Counted from the stretch's first letter, positions 32,382 to 40,897 are shown. The stretch: DNA of 64,000 nt from Clostridia bacterium (GCA_017513475.1 JAFXFR010000027.1:9882-73881); one strand, 5' to 3'. Numbers and translations are program-made. The notes: generated from the letters alone by a model not told the origin.

Positions 32382-32549
32382 TAACTCGCCGTCGGCAGAC
32401 TGAAAATCGAAAATCGGCGACATGTGCGGCGATTTTCGTGCGATTCCATCAGGAATCGCTTCCTTACACGAATGAACGGTCGGGAGGAGCGTAAGCTCCG
32501 ACCAGTGAATGAGTGCAGTACTCGCCAAAGTGCCATTAGCACTTTGGCG
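32382..32549 (+). repeat. Dispersed repeat copy plus four stem-loops in the dnaB / yhaM intergenic region
   Basis: 32382-32421 is homologous to 6348-6386. Hairpins at 32409-32437, 32440-32459, 32478-32503 (GTAA loop) and 32523-32549 (11-bp perfect stem). Confidence 0.7.
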
Positions 32550-32565
32550 AATCCCGGAGGGATAT

Positions 32566-33515
32566 ATGGATTTCACCATCAGCATGCTGGAAACGGGCAT
32601 GCGTTATGAGGGCTTCCTGCTGGTGCGCAGCGCTGATCAGCGCGAGGGCAAGACCGGCGGCAAGTACCTGGATATGAACCTGACCGACAAGACCGGCGAG
32701 GTCAACTGCAAGCTGTGGGACGGCACCGTTCCCCCGCCGCCCCAGGGCAGCGTGGTGAAGGTCCGCGGCCTGTGCATGAGTACAACGGCCGCAAGCAGCT
32801 GCGCATCGAGAAGATGCGCCTGGCGGTGGATTCCGACGGCGTTGATCTCTCCCTGCTGGTGCCCTGCGCGCCGGAAACGCCCGACGCCTACCGTGCCCGC
32901 ATCGAGTACACCATCGAGTGCTTCCAGTCCGAGGATCTGAAGAAGATCGTGCGGGAGATGCTGCGGCTGGCGGGCGATAAGCTGGAATGGTTCCCGGCGG
33001 CTCAGCGCCTTCATCATGCGGAGCGCACGGGCCTTCTGCACCACACCTGCTCCATGCTCAACACCGCCGAGCACATCATCCAGGCGTACCCCTTCCTCCA
33101 CGGCGATCTGCTCAGGGCGGGCGTGATCCTTCACGACCTCTCCAAGATCACCGAGATGAAGAGCGACGAGCTGGGCAATGTGACGGACTACACCCGCGAG
33201 GGCCTTCTCCTGGGCCACCTGGTGATGGGCGTGGCCAAGCTACATGAGGCAGCGCAGAACGTGGGCGTCACGGGCGAGATCGTGGTGCTGCTGGAGCACA
33301 TGATCATCAGCCACCACGGCATCCCGGAGTACGGCAGCCCCAAGCCGCCAATGTTCCCCGAGGCCGAGGTGCTCAACTGGATCGACACCCTGGACGCCCG
33401 AATGAACGAGATGGAGGGCATCATGGCCCGTGTCCCGGCCGGCGCGTTCTCCGAGAAGATCTGGAGCCTTGACCGGCGGATGTATCATCCCCACTACGAG
33501 GATGACGCCGAATAA
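32566..33515 (+). pseudogene. yhaM: 3'-5' exoribonuclease YhaM (OB-fold plus HD domain), interrupted by a frameshift near 32768-32772
   Basis: The OB-fold part (MDFTISML..VVKVRGL) is in frame 1. The remainder (VHEYNGRKQLRIEKMRLA ... HD domain HDLSK..ISHHG) continues in frame 3. The pattern fits a 1-nt deletion or a sequencing error. Confidence 0.7.
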
Positions 33516-33588
33516 GTTGGCATGTTGCGGAAGCAATTCCGCTTCAGGATCGTTATATAGGTGAATCCAATATTTGGAGGTAAGAACC

Positions 33589-34356
33589 ATGAAGAAACGG
33601 TTGATGCTTGCTCTGCTGCTGATCCTGTGCGCTGTGCTGCTGGCCAGCTGCGGCGAAGGAAAGCGCTACGAGGTGAAGAGCAACAATAACGGCGGCACCC
33701 AGACTCAGCAGACCCCCGCTGAGACTGCCATCCCGGAGGAGGAGCCCTGGGAGGCCCCCGAACTGCCCACCCAGGCGCCCGTGACGCCCACGCCCGCGCC
33801 CACCGTCCGCAGCGAGTATGCCGGTGCGACGCCTGTCGTCGTGGATCCCATTGACAAGCCCACCCCGACTGCCGTTCCCAAGCTGGCGGTGACCTATACG
33901 ACCTATGACGCCATCAAGCTGGGCCTGAGCTTCGAGGGCCCTGCCGGCTGGATCATGGATGATTCCGCTGCGAATGTCTTTATCATCCAGAACCCCAATG
34001 CCCGCATCGATTACCCCGCCACCCTGACGCTGCGTGCGGAGAAGGTCCCCAATGACTATACCACTGCCGATATGAAGACGGTGGTCAAGCGTCTGCTGAA
34101 TGACATTGGTGCTGCCGGCTTTGAGGACTATGATCCCTCCAACACCGATACCCGCAGCCTGCTGGGTAAGACGGGCGTGTACGCCAACTACACCGGCACG
34201 CTGAACGATGGCCGCCAGGTTTCCGGCCGTATCCATGTGGTATGTGTGGACCGCGTGCTGTACACCATTCACCTGACTGCCCCCAAGGCCCAGTGGAATG
34301 ACTACAAGGAAATGGTCTACGATCACATGCGTGATACGCTGACCATCACCAAGTAA
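33589..34356 (+). CDS. Hypothetical lipoprotein
   Basis: Lipobox LLASC follows MKKRLMLALLLILCAVL, then a Pro/Thr-rich linker. GGAGG RBS. Confidence 0.55.
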   Translation: MKKRLMLALLLILCAVLLASCGEGKRYEVKSNNNGGTQTQQTPAETAIPEEEPWEAPELPTQAPVTPTPAPTVRSEYAGATPVVVDPIDKPTPTAVPKLAVTYTTYDAIKLGLSFEGPAGWIMDDSAANVFIIQNPNARIDYPATLTLRAEKVPNDYTTADMKTVVKRLLNDIGAAGFEDYDPSNTDTRSLLGKTGVYANYTGTLNDGRQVSGRIHVVCVDRVLYTIHLTAPKAQWNDYKEMVYDHMRDTLTITK

Positions 34357-34419
34357 GCCGAATGCACATCATTGCCCGGGGTGTACTATGCCCCGGGCAG
34401 CTTTTTATGGAGGAATCCC

Positions 34420-34875
34420 ATGAGCAAACGCGAAGAACAGGCGGCTGCCAACTTCCTGGCGGGCTGCAACTGTGCCCAGGCGGTGCTGATGGCCTATGCG
34501 GATGTGCTGGGCCTGACCCGGGAGCAGGCAGCCATGGTTGCTGTGGGCCATGGCGGCGGCATGGGCCGGCTGAGGCTGCACTGCGGCGCTTTTTCTGCGG
34601 CGGTGATGCTTGCAGGCGCCCTTGAGGGCCCGGACGGCGCAGAAAAGGAGCATCGCCCCCAAACCTACGCCCGGGTGCAGGAGATCCACCGGCAGTTTGA
34701 GGAGGCGAATGGAACGATCTCCTGCGCGGAGCTGCTGGGTAAAGCCGGCGTCCCGGAAAACCCCACTCCGGAGGAGCGTACGCCGGAATATTACCGCAAG
34801 CGCCCCTGTGAGCGGGTGATCCGCAGCGCGTGCCGGATCATTGATGCAATGCTGGAGGAAAAGAACCATGCGTGA
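34420..34875 (+). CDS. C_GCAxxG_C_C family protein
   Basis: The AGCNCAQAVLMAY motif and later Cys residues are typical of the family. GGAGGA RBS precedes ATG 34420. Confidence 0.6.
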   Translation: MSKREEQAAANFLAGCNCAQAVLMAYADVLGLTREQAAMVAVGHGGGMGRLRLHCGAFSAAVMLAGALEGPDGAEKEHRPQTYARVQEIHRQFEEANGTISCAELLGKAGVPENPTPEERTPEYYRKRPCERVIRSACRIIDAMLEEKNHA

Positions 34876-35350
34876 AAAAATGGCGATGAAGACCCATACC
34901 CTGTCCGTCGCGCTGACAGCGGGGTGGCCCATGGCGCTGGCGCTGCTGGTGGTGGGCGGCGTGATTCTGGCAGTGCTGCCCTTCCGCCTGGCGTGGCAGC
35001 TGCTGGCGGTACTTGCCGTCATGCTCCTGCTGACCTTCCTGTGGTGCATGAAGCTGTATCTGGGCACCTATGTGTTCCTGCCGGCAACGGAGTACAAGGG
35101 TGCGCGGATCATCGCCAACCTGGGCCGCAGCAACGAGATTGAGATCACCGGCGTGCTGGCGGGGGAGATCATCGTCAAGCAGGGCCCGATGGAGAAGCTC
35201 TGCGGTACCTGTCACATCCGTCAGAAGGGTACGCTGATCTACCTGCGCGGCGTGCGCGAGCCCGAGATCGTACGGAACTGGGTGGAGGCCAACTTCCCCA
35301 AGGAACGCAGATCTGCTCCGGTCAAGGGCAAGAAGCGCAGGCAGCCCTGA
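34868..35350 (+). CDS. Membrane protein with a bacterial PH (bPH_2/YdbS-like) domain
   Basis: Two TM helices followed by a small beta-rich domain. The start overlaps the end of the previous gene. The family call is tentative. Confidence 0.45.
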   Translation: MREKMAMKTHTLSVALTAGWPMALALLVVGGVILAVLPFRLAWQLLAVLAVMLLLTFLWCMKLYLGTYVFLPATEYKGARIIANLGRSNEIEITGVLAGEIIVKQGPMEKLCGTCHIRQKGTLIYLRGVREPEIVRNWVEANFPKERRSAPVKGKKRRQP

Positions 35351-35393
35351 TTGACATTTGAGACGCTCAAATGTGGTTTTCAGTCAAAAAAGG

Positions 35394-35422
35394 TTGAAAA
35401 AACGGACCGGACGTGGCATGAT
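35394..35422 (+). promoter_or_regulatory. Promoter for the small membrane protein / Zn-ribbon pair
   Basis: TTGAAA-17 nt-CATGAT, following a hairpin at 35354-35380. Confidence 0.45.
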
Positions 35423-35449
35423 GTATCTGTCACGAAGGGAGTGTACATC

Positions 35450-35668
35450 ATGAAGAAGAGATTGTGGTTTTCTGCCGGCCTGTATGTGTTCTGCTGCCTG
35501 ATCTGGGCGGCAAACTTCTTCATCCACTGGCATCAGGATGGCATGATCGAGTTCAGCACGGCGCTGTTCGGCGTGGCATCGGTGATGTTTGCGATCGCGG
35601 CGGCGGGCAGCATTCTTGCGCTGATCCGCTATTACAGGAATACCGAAGAGAACAAGGAGGCTGGCTGA
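35450..35668 (+). CDS. Small two-TM membrane protein (72 aa)
   Basis: GAAGGGAG RBS. Own promoter TTGAAA-17-CATGAT. Confidence 0.4.
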   Translation: MKKRLWFSAGLYVFCCLIWAANFFIHWHQDGMIEFSTALFGVASVMFAIAAAGSILALIRYYRNTEENKEAG

Positions 35669-35669
35669 T

Positions 35670-35885
35670 ATGGGAACCCGTCCGTATGTGTGTGTCAAGT
35701 GCGGCTGCCAGGATTATGAGGCTGATCAGTTCCAGGCGACAGGCGGCAATTTCGCCAAGCTGTTTGATATTCAGAACAAGAAGTTCGTGACTGTCACCTG
35801 CACCCAGTGCGGGTATACCGAGCTGTACAAGCAGCCGGAAAACACGGGCATGAACGTGCTGGATTTCCTGTTCGGCAATGGGTAA
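35670..35885 (+). CDS. Zinc-ribbon protein (DUF2082-like)
   Basis: CVKCGC ... CTQCGYTELY four-Cys ribbon. AAGGAGG RBS; start lies 1 nt after the previous stop. Confidence 0.6.
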   Translation: MGTRPYVCVKCGCQDYEADQFQATGGNFAKLFDIQNKKFVTVTCTQCGYTELYKQPENTGMNVLDFLFGNG

Positions 35886-35888
35886 ATA

Positions 35889-35920
35889 AACGCGGAAGGA
35901 GTTGCTCCTTCCGCGTTTTT
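35889..35920. terminator. Bidirectional terminator (Zn-ribbon gene / ybaK-like convergent)
   Basis: ACGCGGAAGGAG-TTG-CTCCTTCCGCGT followed by TTTT. Confidence 0.8.
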
Positions 35921-35924
35921 CGAT

Positions 35925-36413
35925 TCAGATGAAAATCGGCTCATGCGCCAGCGCGGGTACGACCTGCTCGAAGAACACATGCTGGTCGAACCGCACGGTG
36001 GCGGTGTTGTCGCAGGGGTGGAAGGCGATGCGGCCCTCCTGCATCACGTCCCTGTCGAAGGCCAGGCGGATGCGCTGCTCCGTATCAAACCACAGCCCCA
36101 GCGGCGACAGGCTGCCGGGCTCCAGGCGGAGCATACCATGCAGGCATTCGGCCGGCGCGAAGGACAAACGCGATGAGCCAAGCCGTTTCGATACATCCCC
36201 CGTGCGGAAGGGTTTTTCCGGTACGGTGACGTAAAGGTAGAAGACTGTCTTCGGCGTGTTGCACAGCAGCAGGTTCTTGCAGAAGGTGACGTCCGGCGCG
36301 GCATAGGGCAGGGCCAGGCAATCCGCCATGGTGTGGGCGGCGGCATGCTCGTGGTATTCGTGGGGGATGCCAAGCTCGCGGATGCGGGCCATGATGGCTT
36401 CTTTGGTGGACAT
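35925..36413 (-). CDS. YbaK/ProX-type aminoacyl-tRNA editing domain protein
   Basis: 162 aa. Resembles the YbaK/EbsC family (FCKNLLL.., GSLSPLGL). Its AAGGAG RBS overlaps the end of the upstream HAD gene. Confidence 0.7.
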   Translation of the reverse strand: MSTKEAIMARIRELGIPHEYHEHAAAHTMADCLALPYAAPDVTFCKNLLLCNTPKTVFYLYVTVPEKPFRTGDVSKRLGSSRLSFAPAECLHGMLRLEPGSLSPLGLWFDTEQRIRLAFDRDVMQEGRIAFHPCDNTATVRFDQHVFFEQVVPALAHEPIFI

Positions 36414-36422
36414 GGATGCTCC

Positions 36423-37148
36423 TTAATCCAGCGCGTCAATGAGCTCGCGCCAGTGGTGGATGTGCAGATGCTCGCCGGGGATGGTCAGCCCAGCGTTTTT
36501 TCGGGCGAAGCCGTTGGGGATGGACGTCTCCTCGTACCAGACGGGGAAGATGCCGGCGGCCTGTGCACCGAGGACGTCCGCTTCGACCTGGTCGCCGCAA
36601 AACCAAACGTCCTCCGGTGGCAGCCCGGCCTTGGCCAGCGCGGCACGGAAGATCAGCGGATCGGGCTTGCGTACGCCGTAGTCGCTGGAGGCGATGACGA
36701 ACTCAAAGGCATGCTCCGGCAGCAGGCGCTGCAGCCTGTCCGCGAGGGCCTCGCCTGACCAGCCGAGGTTGCTGATCACGCCCGTGCGGATGCCGCGGGC
36801 ACGCAGCTGGGCCAGCATGTCAGCAGCGCCGGGCATGAGTTCGCCGGGGCAGGCGGCTGTCCAAAGCAGCTTTTCCAGCTCGTTCAGCGGCAGGGTGAAG
36901 GTCAGGCCGAGCAGATCGTATTTCAAACGGAGATACTGGTGTTCATGCAGCTCCCAACCGCTGTGGCGGCAGTCCCGGGCGGACAGGAACAGCTCCGTGC
37001 CCAGCCGGGCGGCTTCTTCCGGCGTGACCTGACGGGGATTGTCCTTCACAAGGGTAAATACAGCCATTTCGCCGCGCAGGAAGTCTGCATCCGGCTCCCA
37101 TGCCAGCGTGTGGGCATAGTCAAACAGGATCATCTTCGGCTTGCGCAT
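36423..37148 (-). CDS. HAD-superfamily hydrolase
   Basis: MILFDYAHTL (motif I variant) and FCGDQVEADVLGA (motif IV). Start placed at ATG 37148. Confidence 0.65.
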   Translation of the reverse strand: MRKPKMILFDYAHTLAWEPDADFLRGEMAVFTLVKDNPRQVTPEEAARLGTELFLSARDCRHSGWELHEHQYLRLKYDLLGLTFTLPLNELEKLLWTAACPGELMPGAADMLAQLRARGIRTGVISNLGWSGEALADRLQRLLPEHAFEFVIASSDYGVRKPDPLIFRAALAKAGLPPEDVWFCGDQVEADVLGAQAAGIFPVWYEETSIPNGFARKNAGLTIPGEHLHIHHWRELIDALD

Positions 37149-37271
37149 GCAAATCCACCCCTTCAATTTGCGAAAAAGAACGTATTTGGATAAATTTCTT
37201 GTGGAAATGAAGCTGTACACATGATATAATAAATCCAACAGCTCCGAAAATCAAGTGAGGAGGCAAATGAG

Positions 37272-38348
37272 ATGAAGAGAAGAATCGGCATTCTGACCAG
37301 CGGCGGCGATTGCCCCGGCCTGAACGCTGCCATCCGCGGTGTGACCCGCGCGGCTTATGAAATGTTTGATGCGGAGATCGTGGGCATCCACGACGGCTAC
37401 CGCGGCCTGATCGAAGGTGATTATCAGGCCATGAAGCGCAGCGATTTCTCCGGCATCCTGACCCTGGGCGGCACCATCCTGGGCACGGCCCGCACGCCCT
37501 TCCGCGATATGCGCAAGATCGGTGAGGACAAGGTCGATAAGGTTGCCGCGATGAAGAAGACCTACAAGGATCTGAAGCTGGACTGCCTGGTCACCCTGGG
37601 CGGCAACGGCACCCACAAGACCGCCAACCTGCTCAGCCAGGAGGGCCTGAACGTCATCGGTCTGCCCAAGACCATCGATAATGACATCTACGGCACCGAC
37701 TTCACCTTCGGCTTCCACACTGCGCTGGACATCGCCACCGATGTCATCGACCGCTGCCATACCACCGCTGCCAGCCATGGCCGCTGCATCGTCGTGGAGA
37801 TTATGGGCAACAAGGCGGGCTGGCTGACGCTGTACTCCGGCGTGGCCGGCGGCGCGGACGCTATCCTCATTCCCGAGATCCCCTATGACATCAAGAAAGT
37901 CGCGAAGGTCGTGGAAAGCCGCGCCAAGTCCAACAAGGGCTTCACCATCCTTGCCGTGGCCGAGGGCGCCATGGACAAGGAAGAAGCCAAGATGAAGAAG
38001 AAGGAGCGCGAGGCCAAGCGTGCCGCTGAGCATTTCTCCGCCAGCGCTTATGTGGCCCAGCAGCTGCGCGAGCTGGTGGGTGTGGAGGCCCGCAATGTCG
38101 TGCCCGGCCACATCCAGCGCGGCGGCAGCCCCAATGCCTATGACCGTGTGCTTTCGACCCAGTTCGGCGTGCACGCGGCGGAGCTCATCCGTGACGGCGT
38201 GTTCGGCGTGACCGTGGCCCTCAAGGGTAACGAGATCACACACAACAAGCTGGCGGACATCGCCGGTGTGCCCAAGCTGGTGCCGGAAGATGACCGCATG
38301 GTCAAGACTGCCAAGAACATGGGCATCATCTTTGGTGACGAGGACTGA
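37272..38348 (+). CDS. pfkA: 6-phosphofructokinase
   Basis: GILTSGGDCPGLNAAIRG, PKTIDNDI and MGNKAGW motifs. GAGGAGG RBS. Confidence 0.9.
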   Translation: MKRRIGILTSGGDCPGLNAAIRGVTRAAYEMFDAEIVGIHDGYRGLIEGDYQAMKRSDFSGILTLGGTILGTARTPFRDMRKIGEDKVDKVAAMKKTYKDLKLDCLVTLGGNGTHKTANLLSQEGLNVIGLPKTIDNDIYGTDFTFGFHTALDIATDVIDRCHTTAASHGRCIVVEIMGNKAGWLTLYSGVAGGADAILIPEIPYDIKKVAKVVESRAKSNKGFTILAVAEGAMDKEEAKMKKKEREAKRAAEHFSASAYVAQQLRELVGVEARNVVPGHIQRGGSPNAYDRVLSTQFGVHAAELIRDGVFGVTVALKGNEITHNKLADIAGVPKLVPEDDRMVKTAKNMGIIFGDED

Positions 38349-38372
38349 GCCCAAGCTCGCGATTGAGTTGAC
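38349..38372 (+). repeat. Short dispersed repeat directly downstream of the pfkA stop codon
   Basis: GCCCAAGCTCGCGATTGAGTTGAC shares an exact 17-mer with the minus strand of 3099-3121. Confidence 0.7.
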
Positions 38373-38484
38373 TGCGATCCCATGGACCTGCCGCGGGTTT
38401 GTCGGGCAGGGGCTCATGGCTGGTTTTTGCGTCCTCGTGGCCCGGACTGCATGACTGTGCATATATGAAATCAGGGAGAATCTC

Positions 38485-39015
38485 ATGACCTACGCTGAAA
38501 TGTTTCTGGCGCTGCAGCCCGGCTTCTTTGAGAAGCCCTACATCGCCTCCCTGCCGGAGGACGAGATATTCGTGGAGCAGATCATCGACCTGCACACCTG
38601 GCAGCCGGGCGAACCGGTGTCCTGCCCGGAGCACATCACCTTCGGGTACTATCAGGGAGATATCGAAACCCTGCAGGCCGCTGTCCGCGAGGTGGAGGAC
38701 GACTGGGTACAGTGGTTCGGAAAAAGCGATCATGTTTTCTGCGCTTTTGACGGCGACAAGGTGGTCAGCTTCTGCCTGCTGGATTCCTTCGGCGAGGCAG
38801 ATGGCAAGAAGGTCGGCGCACCGGGCTGCGTGGGCACCGTCCCTGCATACCGCAAGCAGGGCATCGGATTACGGATGATCCAGCTGGCCACGGACATCCT
38901 CAAGCGGGATGGCTACGACCTGAGCTGGATCCATTACACCGCCGTGGGTCACTGGTACGCCAGGCTGGGCTACAAGACGGTTGTTCGCTGGAATAGCAAG
39001 GGTATCGTGGAATAA
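38485..39015 (+). CDS. GNAT family N-acetyltransferase
   Basis: Acetyl-CoA-binding R/Q-x-x-G-x-G motif (YRKQGIGLRM). 176 aa. Confidence 0.6.
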   Translation: MTYAEMFLALQPGFFEKPYIASLPEDEIFVEQIIDLHTWQPGEPVSCPEHITFGYYQGDIETLQAAVREVEDDWVQWFGKSDHVFCAFDGDKVVSFCLLDSFGEADGKKVGAPGCVGTVPAYRKQGIGLRMIQLATDILKRDGYDLSWIHYTAVGHWYARLGYKTVVRWNSKGIVE

Positions 39016-39017
39016 TT

Positions 39018-39057
39018 GAAAACCCTGCCGTTGCGATGCGCATCAGCAGGTTTTTTT
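39018..39057. terminator. Bidirectional terminator (GNAT / Card1-like convergent)
   Basis: AAAACCCTGC...GCAGG followed by TTTTTTT, with an inner palindrome GATGCGCATC. Confidence 0.7.
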
Positions 39058-39063
39058 GTATGC

Positions 39064-40251
39064 TTATTTGCGTCCGGTGCGCAGGGTTTTGCCCTCCCAG
39101 GCGAAGTGCCCGCGGAGCCCCTCCCGGTCAAACTGACGAAGATCCACCAGATGGACTCCCATTTCGTCGCAGCGGGCGCGGATATTATCCAGCTTTTCGT
39201 TTGCTTTGGGCATGCACAGCAGTACGGTCTGGGTATGTGCCGAGCCCAGACGATCGCCCAGCACATTCAGCTCGGCAACGGCCTTCAGATCCGGTGCGCA
39301 GGTCTTGCAGGAGACGATCATCAATCCCATGCCGGTGGTAGCGACCACATCCAGCTCGTTGATGATCTTCTCATTGTCCCACTTGACCACGCAGGAGAGT
39401 TGCACGTCATCGAAGGCGCCGCAGGAACGCAGGGCATCCCAGGCAGCGATCTCCAGCCATACGCCGAAATCACACAGGCAGTCCTTGATCTGCTCGCTGG
39501 CGAAGGTGACCCAAATTCCCTCATCACAGGCTTCCGCCTTGGTGAGGGCTCCTTCCTTGAGCAGGGTTGTCAGCAGCTTGCCCTTGCCGAGGGAAACGCC
39601 GTGTTCGCGGCAGTTGGCATTGTCCAGGAGGATAGTGACAGCGTGATCCTCTGCGCGGGAGGCACATTGCTGGAAACAGGTGGTGTGCTGCGTCCACTGG
39701 CGGGGGTGCTTCTTTTGAATGCCCAGCAGCCGGTGGGCCATGTCGACCAGAGGCGCCTTGAGATCGGCAGGAGTCAGACGGCCGAAGCGATCCAGTGTGG
39801 CATTGTTGAGAAGAAGACGCTGTGCCACCGTGAAGGAGCCGCCGCTGGCTTTGACTTCTTCGCCGGAGGGCAGGGCAATGTACCTGCCGTCCCGCGTTCT
39901 GGTATAGAGGCGGCAGGGTGTTTTGCCATAGGCCACGCCTGCGGAAAAGAGCATGACGTCGTTGCCGCCGGTGAGCTCAATGGCGTACTCTCCCAAATCG
40001 TCCCGATGAGCCTGCACCCAGGCCATCATGTGATTCACATCCAGCCGCTCCAGCCTTTCCATGCGCACATTGCATCTCAGACCAATGCGATTGAACATCT
40101 GCGCCAATTCCTTGCGCTCTTCCTTGGGATCCGCCAGATCATAATAAAAAAACACGATGGTCTTGGGATGCAGATGCCACGCGCCGGTCACATTGGTGAT
40201 GGGCTCACGCTGATCGTAAAGCTCCAGCAGGGTATCAACGGTAGGTGCCAT
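39064..40251 (-). CDS. Card1/Can2-like protein: N-terminal CARF-like Rossmann domain plus C-terminal PD-(D/E)xK (DUF1887) nuclease domain
   Basis: The C-terminal pattern GVWLEIAAWDAL...NELDVVATTGMGLMIVSCKT matches the GGWFEEY...NELDV...ECK pattern of Card1. The N-terminal ELTGGNDVM matches the CARF ITGGTK position. It has its own extended -10 promoter and terminator. Start placed at ATG 40251 (GGAAGGG RBS). Confidence 0.6.
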   Translation of the reverse strand: MAPTVDTLLELYDQREPITNVTGAWHLHPKTIVFFYYDLADPKEERKELAQMFNRIGLRCNVRMERLERLDVNHMMAWVQAHRDDLGEYAIELTGGNDVMLFSAGVAYGKTPCRLYTRTRDGRYIALPSGEEVKASGGSFTVAQRLLLNNATLDRFGRLTPADLKAPLVDMAHRLLGIQKKHPRQWTQHTTCFQQCASRAEDHAVTILLDNANCREHGVSLGKGKLLTTLLKEGALTKAEACDEGIWVTFASEQIKDCLCDFGVWLEIAAWDALRSCGAFDDVQLSCVVKWDNEKIINELDVVATTGMGLMIVSCKTCAPDLKAVAELNVLGDRLGSAHTQTVLLCMPKANEKLDNIRARCDEMGVHLVDLRQFDREGLRGHFAWEGKTLRTGRK

Positions 40252-40289
40252 GGATATCAGCCCTTCCACAGGAATTTGCTTGTATCCAA

Positions 40290-40318
40290 CAGTATAGCAT
40301 GTTTGATTCGATTCCGCA
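40290..40318 (-). promoter_or_regulatory. Promoter for the Card1-like gene
   Basis: Minus strand TTGCGG-17 nt-(TGC)TATACT, an extended -10. It lies downstream of the SASP terminator hairpin. Confidence 0.45.
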
Positions 40319-40379
40319 AGAAGGCTCCGCCGGCGTTGATACGCCAACGGAGCCTGTGTTTCTCGGTAGTATGACGGGA

Positions 40380-40661
40380 TTACTTGCCGGCCATGCCGCG
40401 CTCGGCCTGCTCGATCAGGCGCTTGACCATGTAGCCGCCGATATACCCGGCCTGACGGGAGGGCAGGTCGCCGTTGTAGCCCTTCTTCAGGTTGATGCCC
40501 AGCTCGCCGGCGATCTCATACTTCATGTTGTCCAGCGCCTGACGGGCTTCGGGCACCACGACGCGGCTCTGGTTGCTGTTGCTGGAAGCGTTCCCCTGCT
40601 GGAACTGATTCTGCTGGTTCTGCATGGGGGTCGGATTGGTGTTGTTGATGTTGTTATACAT
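40380..40661 (-). CDS. Alpha/beta-type small acid-soluble spore protein with an N/Q-rich N-terminal extension
   Basis: The VPEARQALDNMKYEIAGELGI...GGYMVKRLIEQAE block is typical of SASPs. AAGGAGGA RBS. Confidence 0.85.
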   Translation of the reverse strand: MYNNINNTNPTPMQNQQNQFQQGNASSNSNQSRVVVPEARQALDNMKYEIAGELGINLKKGYNGDLPSRQAGYIGGYMVKRLIEQAERGMAGK

Positions 40662-40681
40662 GGGTGTGATCCTCCTTATAA

Positions 40682-40897
40682 TCAGTGGTTGGCCATGCCG
40701 CGTTCGGCCTGCTCGATCAATCGCTTGACCATGTAGCCGCCCACATAGCCGTTTTCACGGGCGGACAGGTTACCCTTGTAGGCCTGCTGATAGTCCACGC
40801 CCAGCTCGCGGGCGATCTCATACTTCATGTTGTTCAGCGCGCCGCGGGCCTCAGGGACCATCTGGGACTTGGAGCTCTTGCTGCTCATGCGTTTCAC
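40682..40897 (-). CDS. Alpha/beta-type small acid-soluble spore protein
   Basis: VPEARGALNNMKYEIARELGV...GGYMVKRLIEQAE. AAGGAGGAGG RBS. Confidence 0.85.
   Translation of the reverse strand: MKRMSSKSSKSQMVPEARGALNNMKYEIARELGVDYQQAYKGNLSARENGYVGGYMVKRLIEQAERGMANH

Noticed and set aside
30642-32565. A possible oriC / DnaA-box cluster, given the nearby rplI-dnaB and mnmE genes.
   Set aside because: I found no cluster of TTATCCACA-like boxes and no AT-rich unwinding element in the long spacers. The spacers are GC-rich hairpin arrays instead.
39064-40251. Interpreting the Card1-like gene as part of a local CRISPR-Cas or CBASS locus.
   Set aside because: No repeat-spacer array, cas genes, cyclase or CD-NTase gene, or other defence genes are present within the window. 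The flanking genes are GNAT, pfkA and SASPs. I therefore report it as an orphan rather than as a system.
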